NCBI RefSeq assembly: GCF_006345805.1 | Contig: NW_021836125.1 | Coordinates: forward strand, 1-64,000 | From: Octopus sinensis | Lineage: Eukaryota | Direction of reading: 5' to 3' | Length of the DNA stretch: 64,000 nt | In this document: one piece after another, positions 33,737 to 46,381 of the stretch | How the letters are laid out: every line of letters begins with the position of its first letter | Position numbering within the stretch: position 1 is the first letter of the stretch | The notes under the pieces: model-generated | Told to the model about the DNA's origin: nothing | Seen by the model: only the letters and a program-made list of their open reading frames with translations | Database searches by the model: none | Position numbers and translations under genes: made by a program

Positions 33737-36700
33737 ATGTACATTAAGTCAATTGTAATTGACGGCTTCAAGTCATATCCACGTCGTACCGAGATAAAAG
33801 ACTTTGACAGCCAATTCAATGCTATAACCGGCCTCAACGGTAGTGGAAAGTCAAACATTCTCGATTCCATTTGTTTTCTACTCGGAATCACCACTCTCTC
33901 CCAAGTACGAGTCAACAACATGCACGAACTCGTCTACAAGTCCGGCCACGCTGGAATAAACAAGGCCTCTGTCTGTGTAACATTCGACAACAACAACAAA
34001 AAGGACAGTCCAGCAGGCTACGAGAAGTACGACGACATTGTAGTCACACGACAAGTAATTTGTTCATTTAAAATCAGATTTCTATCGGTGGGAGGAACAA
34101 ATACCTTATAAATGGAATAAATTCAACAAATACTCGAGTACAGGACATGTTTACGTCTGTTCGTCTCAACATAAACAACCCAAATTTCCTGATAATGCAA
34201 GGAAGGATCACAAAAGTCCTCAATATGAAGCCTGTCGAGGTTTTTTGGTCAAATATTTCAGATTTTGTCGATGATTGAGGAGGCAGCCGGGACTGGGCTG
34301 TATGAAATGAAGAGAGCCCAGGCCTACAAGACAATTAAGAAGAAGGAGTGCAAGTTGAGTGACGTTAATAAAGTTTTACGTGTTTTTTTTCGAATTTTTA
34401 GGTCATAGAAGCAGATATTGGTCCACTTTTGACTAAATTGGACGCGGAAAGGTCGTTTTATTCGGAATATCAGCAAATTTCGAGGGAGATTGACAGCCTT
34501 CGAATGATCAGTGTGGCCCTCATGTACTTCTCTACACAGGTATTTACACGTTTTTCATATTTAGAACGAAGTGGAAGAATATAAAGAAAAGATATCAGAA
34601 ATTGAAACAAAGTTGAGTGAGAATAAACGCCGGTTGGGTGAGATTGAGGAGGAATGTGGTCAAATTGAGAAAGAAATTACAAGAAAAAGCGCGGGAAATG
34701 ATAATGTTGGTTTTTTTGCTGGCAATTTTAGGACGAAATTGACAATCGAGTAGCGAAACTTCAATCAGAACTGGACGAGAAAATGTTAGTGCAAACTAAA
34801 CTATCGGCTCAACAAAACGCCAAGAAAGACCAGGTTATATCCGAGGAAAACAAACTAAAACAACTGATCAAACAAAAAGACGATGTTATTACGTAATCAA
34901 TATGTTTAGGAGACAAAATCGTTAGCAGAACGGAGGTTGATTCGGGTAGATCAAGAGAAGAAGACTGCCAGTCTGCAAGAGGAGACTGATTTGGCGGCTA
35001 AGCGACTATTGGAAGCGGAATCCTACTATAATGCACTGTCCACTGGGATTTCCGTTTCCGTGGATGGAAAGAGGAACACTCTCCAGCAGCAGTTGATTGG
35101 TAGTGGGTGATAGTAATGGGTAGACGCAAAGCATGGGGTGTCAGTGTTGGAGACTCAGATTAGACAGACAGAGCTGGAGTATTGTGGCAGTGATGATTGG
35201 TAGGTCAACCCACATTCGGTCTCGGTTGAAGAAGAGTTGTGAGGACATGAAGAGCACGGAGGATGACTCGACTCCGACTGAAAGGGAGATTGACAAGAAG
35301 AATGTCCAATTGGAGCAAATGAGGGATGAAATAGTCCAAATTGACCAAAAACTGAACATTTATGACAAAAATGAAATCAATTCTAAAAAAACAAGACTCA
35401 AGAGTGAGATAACCTCACTACAACATAACGTGGACAGTTTACAGTTGTGTTGAGTACATATATCGTAGGACAAGACAATTTAGCTTCCAATACTCCAAGC
35501 CATCCCCAGACTTTGACAAGAAACATAAAGTTTATGGAGTTGTGGCCAACCTGATCAAGTTGAGGAGTCGAGAAATGTCTACTGGAGTAGAAGTAGCAGC
35601 AGGATCTCGAGTAAGGAATGTTAAAACACGTCCAGTTGTTGAATGTGATCGTGGACACTGATGAAACTGCCAAATTATTACTAAAACACGGAAATCTGCG
35701 GTCTCGGGTGACCTTTATTCCCCTGAATCGAATCGTCCCCAACAAAATATCTGACCAAGTATTAGAAAATGCACAGAGACTAGTAAATGGACTGATTAAG
35801 TAATACAGGGAGGTGAAGGCAATGTTAGTTTAGCACTGTCCTGTGTAGAATACGATCAACGAATAGAAAAGGCGATGGAGTTTGTGTTTGGAAGTACACT
35901 TGTCTGCAAAGACTTGGGGACGGCAAGAAAGGTCGTGTTTGACCGGAGTGTGGGCAAACGAGCAGTGACGATGGACGGAGATCTGGTCGAGCCCAGTGGA
36001 GCACTGACTGGGGGTTATTTGTGTAAGTAATGATAGGTTCGAGGAATAAATCCGAGTCTATTCTGACGAGAATATTCCGACTTGGGGAGACTGTGACTGA
36101 TTTGGAAAGCAGAAAGACACAATTGGCACGATTGGAGACTAAATTGGAGGAATGTGCCAAATTGGAGGCTCAGTATGTGTGGCTGGGCTGTTTATGCAAT
36201 ATTAGAAAGGACACGCTCAACAAACGAGTGGAGTTGGTGGAGAGTGAGATAGTAGTGTATAAGGATATGCTAACTCAGTCTGAATTCCACTCACTGAGGC
36301 GGGAGTGTGCTCAATTGGAGGGATCGTTGGGTTGGTGAGTATATCTGACCTCTCAGAGGAGATGACAGCCAAGTTGAGTCGACTGGGGACATCTTTGAGT
36401 GAGGCAGTCCAGATTGTGGAGTCGTTGGAAGACAAGTTGAGGATTATCCAGTCTGGGGGAGGAAATATGATAGAGGAGGCAGAAAAGGTCATGAAGGATG
36501 CTCAGAAAGCACATAATCAACTGGAAAACAGACTGAGGGAGAGTATTCAGGTCAGGAGAGTACAATTCCATTTGTTTAGTTGACAGAATGTAACAAAATG
36601 GAGTTCGATTATGCGGAAGATGAAATAAAGTCGATTGTGAATAAGATTGACGCTTTTGATGTCTCTGTTAAACAACTGAAGAAAGAATTGGAGAAAATGT

Positions 36701-37823
36701 CGGATGATTATGAGGAGAGAGAGGTGTGTGGATGTCACTGATTTGGCTTAGAATAGTAAAATCAAACTTGAGAAAGTTTTGTCTGAAGAAAAGGAAAGAC
36801 AGGCATCCCTGAGAGGGAATATGGCACAGAACAATATGAAATTGAAAAATCTTTTGGACTCGAAAAAAGACATTGAACTGGACTGTGAGCAAATATCCGC
36901 CTCCCATCGTCGCTATAAAGATAATTTGGCTCAAAAAACTAAAAAAGTGTTTTTTGTGTAATAACTGTGTAGTTGGAAGTGTTAGTGGAACAGAACAGTT
37001 GGATTCTGACTGAGAAGGACAAATTTAGTGTTCCCGATGGTCCCTACGATTTTGAAAAGCAGTTGGGAGGACCGGTAGAGGACTGACGATGAATTAGATA
37101 AGCAAGTCGAGTCGAGGTTATCCGAACTGGAGAAGTCACGTGACAAATTATCGTCCAAAGTAAACATGCGAGCAATGGCCATGTTGGAGAGTGTGGAGAA
37201 GAGGGTTGTGATTTGTCTTGACTTGTTAGTTTGAGGTATTGAAGGAAAGGAGAGACATTGTCTTGAATGATCGGAAGAAACTTAACGAGGGAATTGAAAT
37301 GCTGGACATTAAAAAGAAGGACACATTGGAATCTGCCTTTTCTCTTGTTAATAAGGACTTTGGGTCCATTTTTTCATCTTTATTGCCCAACGCGCAGGCT
37401 AAGCTTGTGCAGAGGGATGTGAAGGATTTGAGTCAGGGGTTGGAGTTTAGGATTGGGTTCGGAGGAGTGTGGAAGGAGTCGCTGACTGAGTTGAGTGGAG
37501 GACAAAAGTATAGGTTTGGTCGACTGTTTAGGTCGTTGGTGGCTTTGTCTCTTATTCTTGCACTTTTGAGGTTTAATCCGGCTCCGATTTACATTTTGGA
37601 CGAGATTGACGCAGCCTTAGACTTGTCGCATACTCAGAACATTGGCAAGATGATTCAGCTGTATTTTAAGAGTTCTCAGGTCTTGGTGATCAGTCATGAT
37701 TAGTTTATCATTGTGTCACTACAAGAGAGCATGTTTAATAACGCCAATGTTCTCTTTCGAACTAAATTTGTCGATGGAGTGTCCACCGTTACTCGCTATA
37801 ATCAATTAGAACATCGACGTTGA
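33737..37823 (+). CDS. SMC2: Condensin subunit SMC2
   Basis: [14 protein letters not shown], Walker [10 protein letters not shown], hinge [14 protein letters not shown], signature LSGGQ, Walker [12 protein letters not shown] and FIIVSL. Confidence 0.97.
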
Positions 37824-38300
37824 TTTGTCATTACTTTTTAATTTTATGGAAATTTGGTGAATGTGTTTAATTTGAGGGTCATTTATTTTATCCTTGTTTC
37901 CGATATTTTTATTATTTGAAATAAGTGTACTGCATTTAGTCTATCTAAATTTAAGCTTTCTTTTTTCGTAAAATGATATTTGTAGTTGCAGTGATTACTA
38001 ATTGCTTGCTTTCCTTTATTATTCGTTAAGTTTTCAAAGTTTAATTTAATAAAATTGTGATAAAATTGGACATTTTAACTTAAAACCAAGAAAAATCGCA
38101 TTTTTCTGAGAATTGTTTATCAATTGTGGAATAAAACCGACATTTTTAGTTTATAATTTCAGTATTAATCCGAGCCAAAAATCAGGTGTTAAAAGTAGAT
38201 ATTTTTGAATTCCTTTTTATTTATTTCTTACAGATTTAATTAATTTACATTATTTCATTAAATATTTTCAATCATTAATTAGTATTAGATCCTGGTCGAC

Positions 38301-39010
<710 letters not shown>

Positions 39011-39899
39011 TGAAAATACTTCTTAATTAATTATTCCTATATATAGATTTTCGTCATTTTCATTGATTTAATTAATCTCGACCTGTTTATTAACTATACC
39101 ATTTTCAGTTCAAGTTTGACAGTTAAAAAATCTTGACCTGTTGATTATGAGACAGCGAAGGGCGCAAAAACGACCAGTTTTGTCAAAATTGATATTAAAA
39201 TGTCAAAATTGAATGTCGCAATGTCAAAACTGATGTAAAAATGTCAATATTTCTTATTGCATTGTCAAAATAGATACAAAAAATTGGCAAAATTGAACTG
39301 AAAATAGTATAGTTGTAGTCAATGAGTTTGTCCAAATAAGAGTAAATACAACCAGAACTGATCATGAAAAAGAACAAGGTGGTAAATACTATCAGGTTCG
39401 TAAAGACTTGAATAACCTATCAAAGTTGCTTGAAACAGGATCAAGCAGGGAAAATGCATTATTTATTTAACCCCATTCCCCCTGAAATTGGGAGGAATGC
39501 TGCACGAAAAAAACTGACAGACCTCTTAGGGTCACATTATAAGTAGGGCAACCACAAAGTTGACCTAAAAAAAGCAAAAATTGACCTCCATAAAGTCAAC
39601 AAAATTGATTCAAAAAAGATGAAAGCTGACCAGAATGTAGACCTAAAAGAAGTTTTCAGATAATTTGTATGCAATAATTTTTTCTAGAAACATGAATTAT
39701 ATAGAATCATATAATATTTGACGTTTTCAGTTTTAACATTTCGGTCTTTGGCCAAATTTTATGAAGAACTGAAAACGAGCGCTCTACTAAACACGTAGTG
39801 GCCTGACACTGGAGTAGTTGAAACTTTTCCAAAGGCAAAAAACTTATAATTTATAAGTTAAGGAGGGAGTTAATTTTTTAAGATTTTCTTATAGCAGTG

Positions 39900-41100
39900 A
39901 GGTTTTTGCATTCCAGGACGACGTGCGTTACTGCGTGTCGTCTGCAGTTTGGACAGGAAGGATCGACGTACTCCTCAATTTGTTTTGATAGTCAAAGAAT
40001 AAAAAATGATGCTTACAGCGAAATATTGCGAGTTCGATCCGATCTTTGAGGCTGAGATCTTTTTCAGCTGTGTTTATTTTGGGGGGATTGTTGATGATAT
40101 TATTTGCGGTTAGTGCGTTCAAGGAGGATTTTATTATTAGTTCTTTTATTTCCGATGGTTTTTTGTTAAAAAATGAATTTAAGATGCGATAGTAGTCGAG
40201 TGCTGGTGTGTTTTTGATGTTCCTGTCAGGGGTTTGTGTCGTTGTGAGATTGTGCCTTGGGTGGTTTTTGATCATAGTCGCTGAGGCAAAGAATTGGGTT
40301 CTATAGATTTCGAAATGGTCTAGAAGTTTGATCATGTTGGTTTCCTGATGCATATGGTCGGCCGGAATAGACTTCATACAACCCGTAATGATTTTGAATG
40401 TTTGGTTTGGGATTGATTGTAGTTTCTGAAGGAGTTTTTTTGACAGCAGAGGCGTCCATGATGGACTTTTATAGTCCAATATTGGAAGATGTATTGTTTG
40501 TATAGGAGTATTAGTCATTCCTTGTTTTTTCCAAAGTTTGTTCCGGTGAGTGAGTGGCGGCCATTCATTTTGCATTTGTGAGTCAGGTTTTTTCAATGTG
40601 TTGGCGAAATGATAAGAAGGTATTGTACGTTATCCCGAATATTTTGACTGTTTTGGTGCGAGGAATTCTAATACTGTTAATTTTGATTGTCGTAGTGAAA
40701 TTGTGTTCTCGTGCATTACTGTTAGACGAGTGGTTAATGATTTATTTTATGATAGAGATAGCCCGTTTAGAGTAATGCAGTTATACGGGATATCAATGAA
40801 TGGTTGAACTTGGCGACATGCTGCCGTTGGATTTGTGTTTGATGATGTGATCGTAATATCATCTGCGTATAGGAACAGAGATGCATTTTTGGGTGGTTTA
40901 GGAATGTCATCTAGGTAAGTGTTAAAAAGTGTGGGGGATAGGACAGAGCTCTGAGGTACTCCATTGAGGAGGATGCATGCATTTAAGCGTTTTTTGTTGT
41001 GTTGAATATAACCTTGTCTCACACTGAGGTAGTTGGATAGCCATCGTTTTGAGTTATTATAGATATTTGTGTGATGATTTTGTTTATAAGTGGGGGTCAC
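39900..41100 (-). mobile_element. LINE (Jockey/I-like) RT and C-terminal remnant
   Basis: Encodes GVPQSSVLSPTLFNTY, YADDITI and KLQSIPNQTFKIITGC. Frameshifted. Confidence 0.85.
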
Positions 41101-42989
41101 GGAATGGAGTCAAAAGTTTTTCTTAGATCCAGAGTGATTAATATTGTCCGAATGGGAGAGTTTTCTTTGTTGAATCCGTTTATATTGTTTGTATAATATT
41201 TGTGAGTAGAGTTGTCGTTTTAAATACTTTGAATGATATTGTCTGAAGCCATGTTGCGTTTTGCCAATTGAAAGTTTATGAGATATTCTCTTTAAAATGT
41301 ATGGAGAAAATGCATTAGTGTGACCTGTTAATAAGTGAATTGAGAATTATTCATGTTGCCAAAATGTGAATAGTGTGCTTATATAAGACGGAATTGTTTC
41401 AAAGTACTACAAAAATAAGAATATTGTGCTTATCTAAAACCTGTTGATGTGCCATTTGGCTGTGAGTTGTCGTTTATTGAAATCACAAATAGTTAGAAAT
41501 ATAACTTGATTTGATTATTTCCATTCATTCAGATAGAATACTCGTCTACGACAGCGCTGTCAAATAATTGCCGGTCTGTGTCTTAATCAAGTGCATTTAT
41601 TAACTTGACTTTTTCCAACAATTTTCAATCTTGTTTAGAATTTGCAAATCTTATGCTTTTAGAAAATTCTCCAAACATTTTTTGTCGAAATAATCATTAT
41701 CGCGACAACTACGAGTATATTTACGTTGCATTGGCATATTTGGCGAAGTTAATCAACACCGTTAAAACCAAAAAACAAAATTAGATAGGTGATCCAGACA
41801 TTCCCAATCAATTTACGCATTTCTCTCCGTGTTCACCCAGATTGGACGAGGATCAAAGGGTCTTGGCTCCCAGCATGTTTTAACATAGAAATAAGCACCC
41901 GTCGTCCGTACAAGGGTTTCGAAAGCAGTTGGCTTTATAAGCCGTTCATTAAAATCGAAGATAAACTTTGCAGCCTTTCGCTTTAGGTTCGGCATCTTTT
42001 GCAGATTTCTTGAGACCAGATATGATTCCCAGGCACTTTGCTTCATGCTTTTGAAGATGGTCAAGAAATTATTTTTATAATAAAAATTAATATTTTTCGA
42101 AAGATAATTGCTTAATTTATTCTAAACCGTCGGAAAATTAGATTAATGAATTTAGTTTTTTGAAACATGAATTCTAATCAGGCAGAGATACTTAATTAAC
42201 CATTAATATTACTGGATTTATGCTTTGGTTTAATTTCACAAATCATTCTAAAATATTTCACAATATATTTTACAAAACTAATTTAATGATAGTCATAGGC
42301 TGAGTATATTCACATTCTTTTAAAAATATATGGACATTCTTATGATCAAAAAAAGTGGCAAAATATATATCCGAACGGCTAATTTGAGGAAAAATGCTCT
42401 TAGCAGCCTAGAAAAAATTCTTCAGTTTTTATTTTAATAATCAAGACGGGGTAATTTGGATAATTAGATTTAGAACTTGAATGAAACAAAAAATTTATTT
42501 TAAATAATATATTTAAGTTTTTTAGTAGAGCAATTCGTACTCGCAGGGTGATTTGTACAATTTTCGTAGACAAAAAAGTTTGATAAAAACTGAATTATAT
42601 ATATAATATACATTTTTTAACAACCCCAAATTCTTTGGAAACATTTTCGCAATCTTCGTCTGTAAATTTTCCCGATTGATGCATACAAAGTGTAGAACCG
42701 TCAACAAAATGTATAATTTCAATGATCGGGTCTTTCAAATTATTATAATCCATTATTTCACATAATCTATTTTTTATTCGAATTTATAAAATTTAGGGTT
42801 GCCACAAAAATAAGAAATAATATTTTTATAAACAATATATTAATTAATTTAATAAAATTGTTATACATTATTTTGAATGCTACAAATCAAAAGGACTACC
42901 ACCTGTTTGAGTCTAACAACTATACGGTAGTCACGCTTATGCCTGACTTTGCCTAACTTGAACGTCTCAACAAAACCAGATACAAAAAA

Positions 42990-43064
42990 TTCTCCATCCG
43001 GGATTCGAACCCGGGTCAACGGTGTGAAAGACCGTCATCTTAAACCCCTAGAAAACGACAAAGA
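42990..43064 (-). tRNA. tRNA-Glu(UUC), weak acceptor stem (possibly pseudo)
   Basis: Anticodon arm ACGGT-CTTTCAC-ACCGT, T arm CCGGG-TTCGAAT-CCCGG, followed by a T-run (Pol III terminator). Confidence 0.75.
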
Positions 43065-43531
43065 TGTAGAAAGGGGACATCCTACCTTCACATTACCAAT
43101 GAAAAAATCTACATTATGTAAAACCCTTCCGAAAACAAATGATGTGCGGTGAGCGACGGTAGGAGGCTGACAAATGGGAACTGGGCAAACGAGATATTCC
43201 CCACCTCTCTTTGAATCCGGAAGGCTGTATTGAAGATTTGGAGGCTAATGCTGATCGGCACAGACAGTTCCTTCTTCCTTGGCTTCTTTATTCGATTAGT
43301 TAGCTATAAATGTTTGTGCTGGGTTTGCTATGCAAGCTTGAGGGTTAATAAATAAATAAATGAGTGCTACAAACTTTCACTATGAAACTAATGTTATGGA
43401 AAACACAATTTACAGTGAGATACACTGAGCATTTTATTGCTCAAAAAGTTTAATTTCAACAACATCGAACTTTGATATGAATCGTTATAACTACAAGAGA
43501 AAATAGCAAAAATAATTTGACACTGCTGGCC

Positions 43532-43790
43532 TCACTAAACTGCGCTTGTCAACCGCATACTTGAGACTGGCTCAAAGCACTTTTCATTCCCAGCACGGGA
43601 TTGCTACTGGACAATGAATCCTTACGGATATGAATCTGTTAACGCTTGGGCTTTGCCATTTGCCAGCCCCACCCTTGCCGATGTAGGTCAACAATTTCAT
43701 CGAACGGCTTGTATATGAAGTCAACTCAACGGCGTTGTCAGGAGGGCTCTAGAGTCGGCTGGTTGACCTTTCCTTTCAGGGAAGGTAAGT
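43532..43790 (+). mobile_element. CRE fragment
   Basis: Encodes LNCACQPH...DWLKAL...GFAICQPHPCRC, homologous to 8330-8500. Confidence 0.8.
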
Positions 43791-43989
43791 TTCTGGGAAA
43801 GAATTCTCGCTTTTCAATTACTATTAACTGAAAATATTTTTTTACAAAATAATGATCATTTCGGATAAAAAATTCGACAATTGGGAACACACTTTGACAT
43901 TTTCTGTCAACTTAGAAAGAATTTTCTGTTTTTCAATTACTATTAACTGCAAATATTCATCATCTTCTAGCTAACTTACACTAGGAAAT

Positions 43990-44209
43990 GATTGATTTGA
44001 AATATGACTCAGATCTGAAAGATAAATTTACCCGATAGGCTAAGACAGCTTTCATAACTGTCTCTTGCCAAAGTATCCCGACTTCAAAATATTATAAAAA
44101 TCATAGTATTAAACAAATATCATTTTAAATCAAAAAAATCAAAACCTGACCAGCGGAATCCAAATTTTTTTTGATTCGGCCCGTCGAAAAAATGATTTTG
44201 ACGCCTTTG
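43990..44209 (+). mobile_element. hAT 3' end fragment
   Basis: Encodes MIDLKYDSDLKDKF. Right terminus TTTTGACGCCTTTG abuts GACTATAC. Confidence 0.6.
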
Positions 44210-44217
44210 GACTATAC

Positions 44218-44836
44218 CAGTGATTCTCACGTGCGGCCCCTTGGATTTAATTTAATTTTTTTCGAAATATAAAATTTTATTGGTCAAAAACAATAGTCAG
44301 TATTTTTCTAATAAACAGTCGTTAATTCTTTGATTGAGAGGACGAGCGAATAGACAGGCAGTTTCAGCGCAATATCGCGAGCAAAATGCGTTTTATTTGT
44401 TGTGATGTCGAATTCTAAAACTTTTTCGAAAAATTTCCAAGGAAAATAGGATTTTTCAACACATCTGAAAAGAAAAAATATTTCATTATTGAGGGCAATG
44501 AAAAGGCTCTTTGTTCAGCAACATTTCAATAATTAACTTTTATTTGAGAATTCTAGAAAACCGATTTCCGAATCTAGTCAATAATTCAAAGAAAAATTTA
44601 GCGATGTTTGGATCAACATATGTTTGCGAATCGACATTTAGTAAACTTGTTCGAATTAAAATAGTTCGCAGCAGATTGACTGATAGTCATCTAAGTGATT
44701 TGTAACGTACATCAACTAGTAAAATTGAACCTAATTTTGATTATTTAGTTAATAAATAATTGTTAAAAATTATTTGCGGCTCCTGTAATTTTTTTTAAAT
44801 TTGTGGTCCCTGAGTAAAGAAGCTTTAAAATCACTG
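44218..44836 (+). mobile_element. Deleted SPIN/GTF2IRD2-like hAT
   Basis: Termini CAGTGATT / AATCACTG. Perfect TSD GACTATAC (44210-44217, 44837-44844). Encodes AMFGSTYVCESTFS...RSRLTDSHL. Confidence 0.92.
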
Positions 44837-44922
44837 GACTATACTATAGTAATGGGGTTGGGAATCGCTGGACTATAGAGTAAAAAAGAATACAACAAAA
44901 ATGTAATGTGAAAGTATAATAG

Positions 44923-45179
44923 TCAAATTATAGTTTTAAACTCATCTCCGTCATATGAATCCATTGATTTGGACTGCAAGCGATTTATCAAAAAGTAGAT
45001 GTCTCAATAAAAGAGCCGACACAATCACCTAAACATTTCTTGGTTGACTTGTCCATGTAACTTCCAGGCTTTCCGACACACAAATCCCAACATTTACTAG
45101 TCAATTCAGTTATCAATGAATATGATTGTTGCTTGAATGCCTCATTCTCGACAAAACTCTGAAGTTCCTTATCCGACAT
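44923..45179 (-). CDS. TIMM8: Mitochondrial small Tim8 (twin CX3C); apparent 1-nt frameshift near 44990
   Basis: CWDLC...CLGDC motif and FIETSTF. Adding one T restores LINRLQSK. Confidence 0.88.
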
Positions 45180-45334
45180 TAAGTAACAAGAATAACGTGC
45201 AAAATATTTATAATAATTAAAAATTAAATAATTTTTGTCACTTAGAACTAAAATTAAAGTAATTTAATTTTTTGCCGTCAATCTTCAGCTTATTTGGAAC
45301 CGGTCATAGATTAACACAGACTGGCTGTCAGCCA

Positions 45335-45590
45335 TATTTTGCTGATCTCACCCTTCCCGCTATGATGCTAAAGTTACGCCTTTGGACTACATCCTCTCTC
45401 TTGTAGAATGAATGCCGATTTCCTCAGCACACAAAAATCAATAAATTAATCCAAAAAGCTCTGGAAATAGCAGGTTTTACTTCAGTTGTGGAACCGATGG
45501 CATTGATTTTGAAGGTGCAAAATGTCCCGATGGCAGTACGCTATTCGTTTTTGAATTCGAGAAACAGCTTGTTTGGAACGTCAAGGCAGG
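45335..45590 (+). mobile_element. CRE fragment
   Basis: Nucleotide similarity to 58190-58400 on the minus strand (RFPQH...KALE.AGF...PDG). Confidence 0.75.
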
Positions 45591-46381
45591 AAAGTTCCAC
45601 ATGGAGAAAATATGGGAACAGATGGCTTCTTGAACTAAATATTTTCTGCTTATAAGTTTTCCATTTTTGTTTTTTTGACGAAAATTGTTAGAATATAATT
45701 TACTTTAATAACTGAATTAAACAATTTTATTAATACCTCGCTTTTATCGCGATGATCAAAGCTCTTGAAGTAGATCCGTTCCCTATCATAGAAAGAAGCG
45801 CACTGAATTGTATAAAATTATCCCTTACTCATTGCTTGGTTTACCTGATGACTTTATGTGTAGAATATTGATGATTTGAAGTTTTTTTCGATTTCCCAAT
45901 ACGACCGATGTAATATAGTTCATGTTCTGAGATTTGTTCCAAAAATTGGCCGACATTACTCTTGCTTTTGATAGTCTTAAAATTCGTTGCTTGATACCGA
46001 ATATTTTTTCCCTATTTAGTACTTTACTGGACTTGTTGACCACACCAAGAGATTAGTAGCTATTTGCGGGATTCGAAATAAGTGGAGCCAAGACATTAAG
46101 CCAAAACTTGCATTCTAATTACATTCGAATCAAAAACACGGAAGACAATGCTGATCCAACGCACATTTCAGAATTTCAGCATCGGCCTTGAAATTTTGTC
46201 CCAGAAACGCAAAAATGAAAAAAATCTGAATTTTCTGTACAAACAGCAAGCTTTCAATGTGAGAACTCTAATAATCTACTAAATTTTCAATTAAAAGAAC
46301 AATTAATGAATGAAAACACCTTAAACTAGCTAGAAATAAAAGGTTATTACAATGAAGAAAAAACCAAATTAGAATTAGTGA

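Noticed and set aside
39100-39660. GTCAAAA/TTGAC-rich stretch (similar texture at 63400-63850)
   Set aside because: Probably decayed transposon termini, but no TIR pair, TSD or period could be defined.
41400-42722. Possible minus-strand gene (ORFs 41813-42064 and 42522-42722)
   Set aside because: Could not be assembled or identified by eye.
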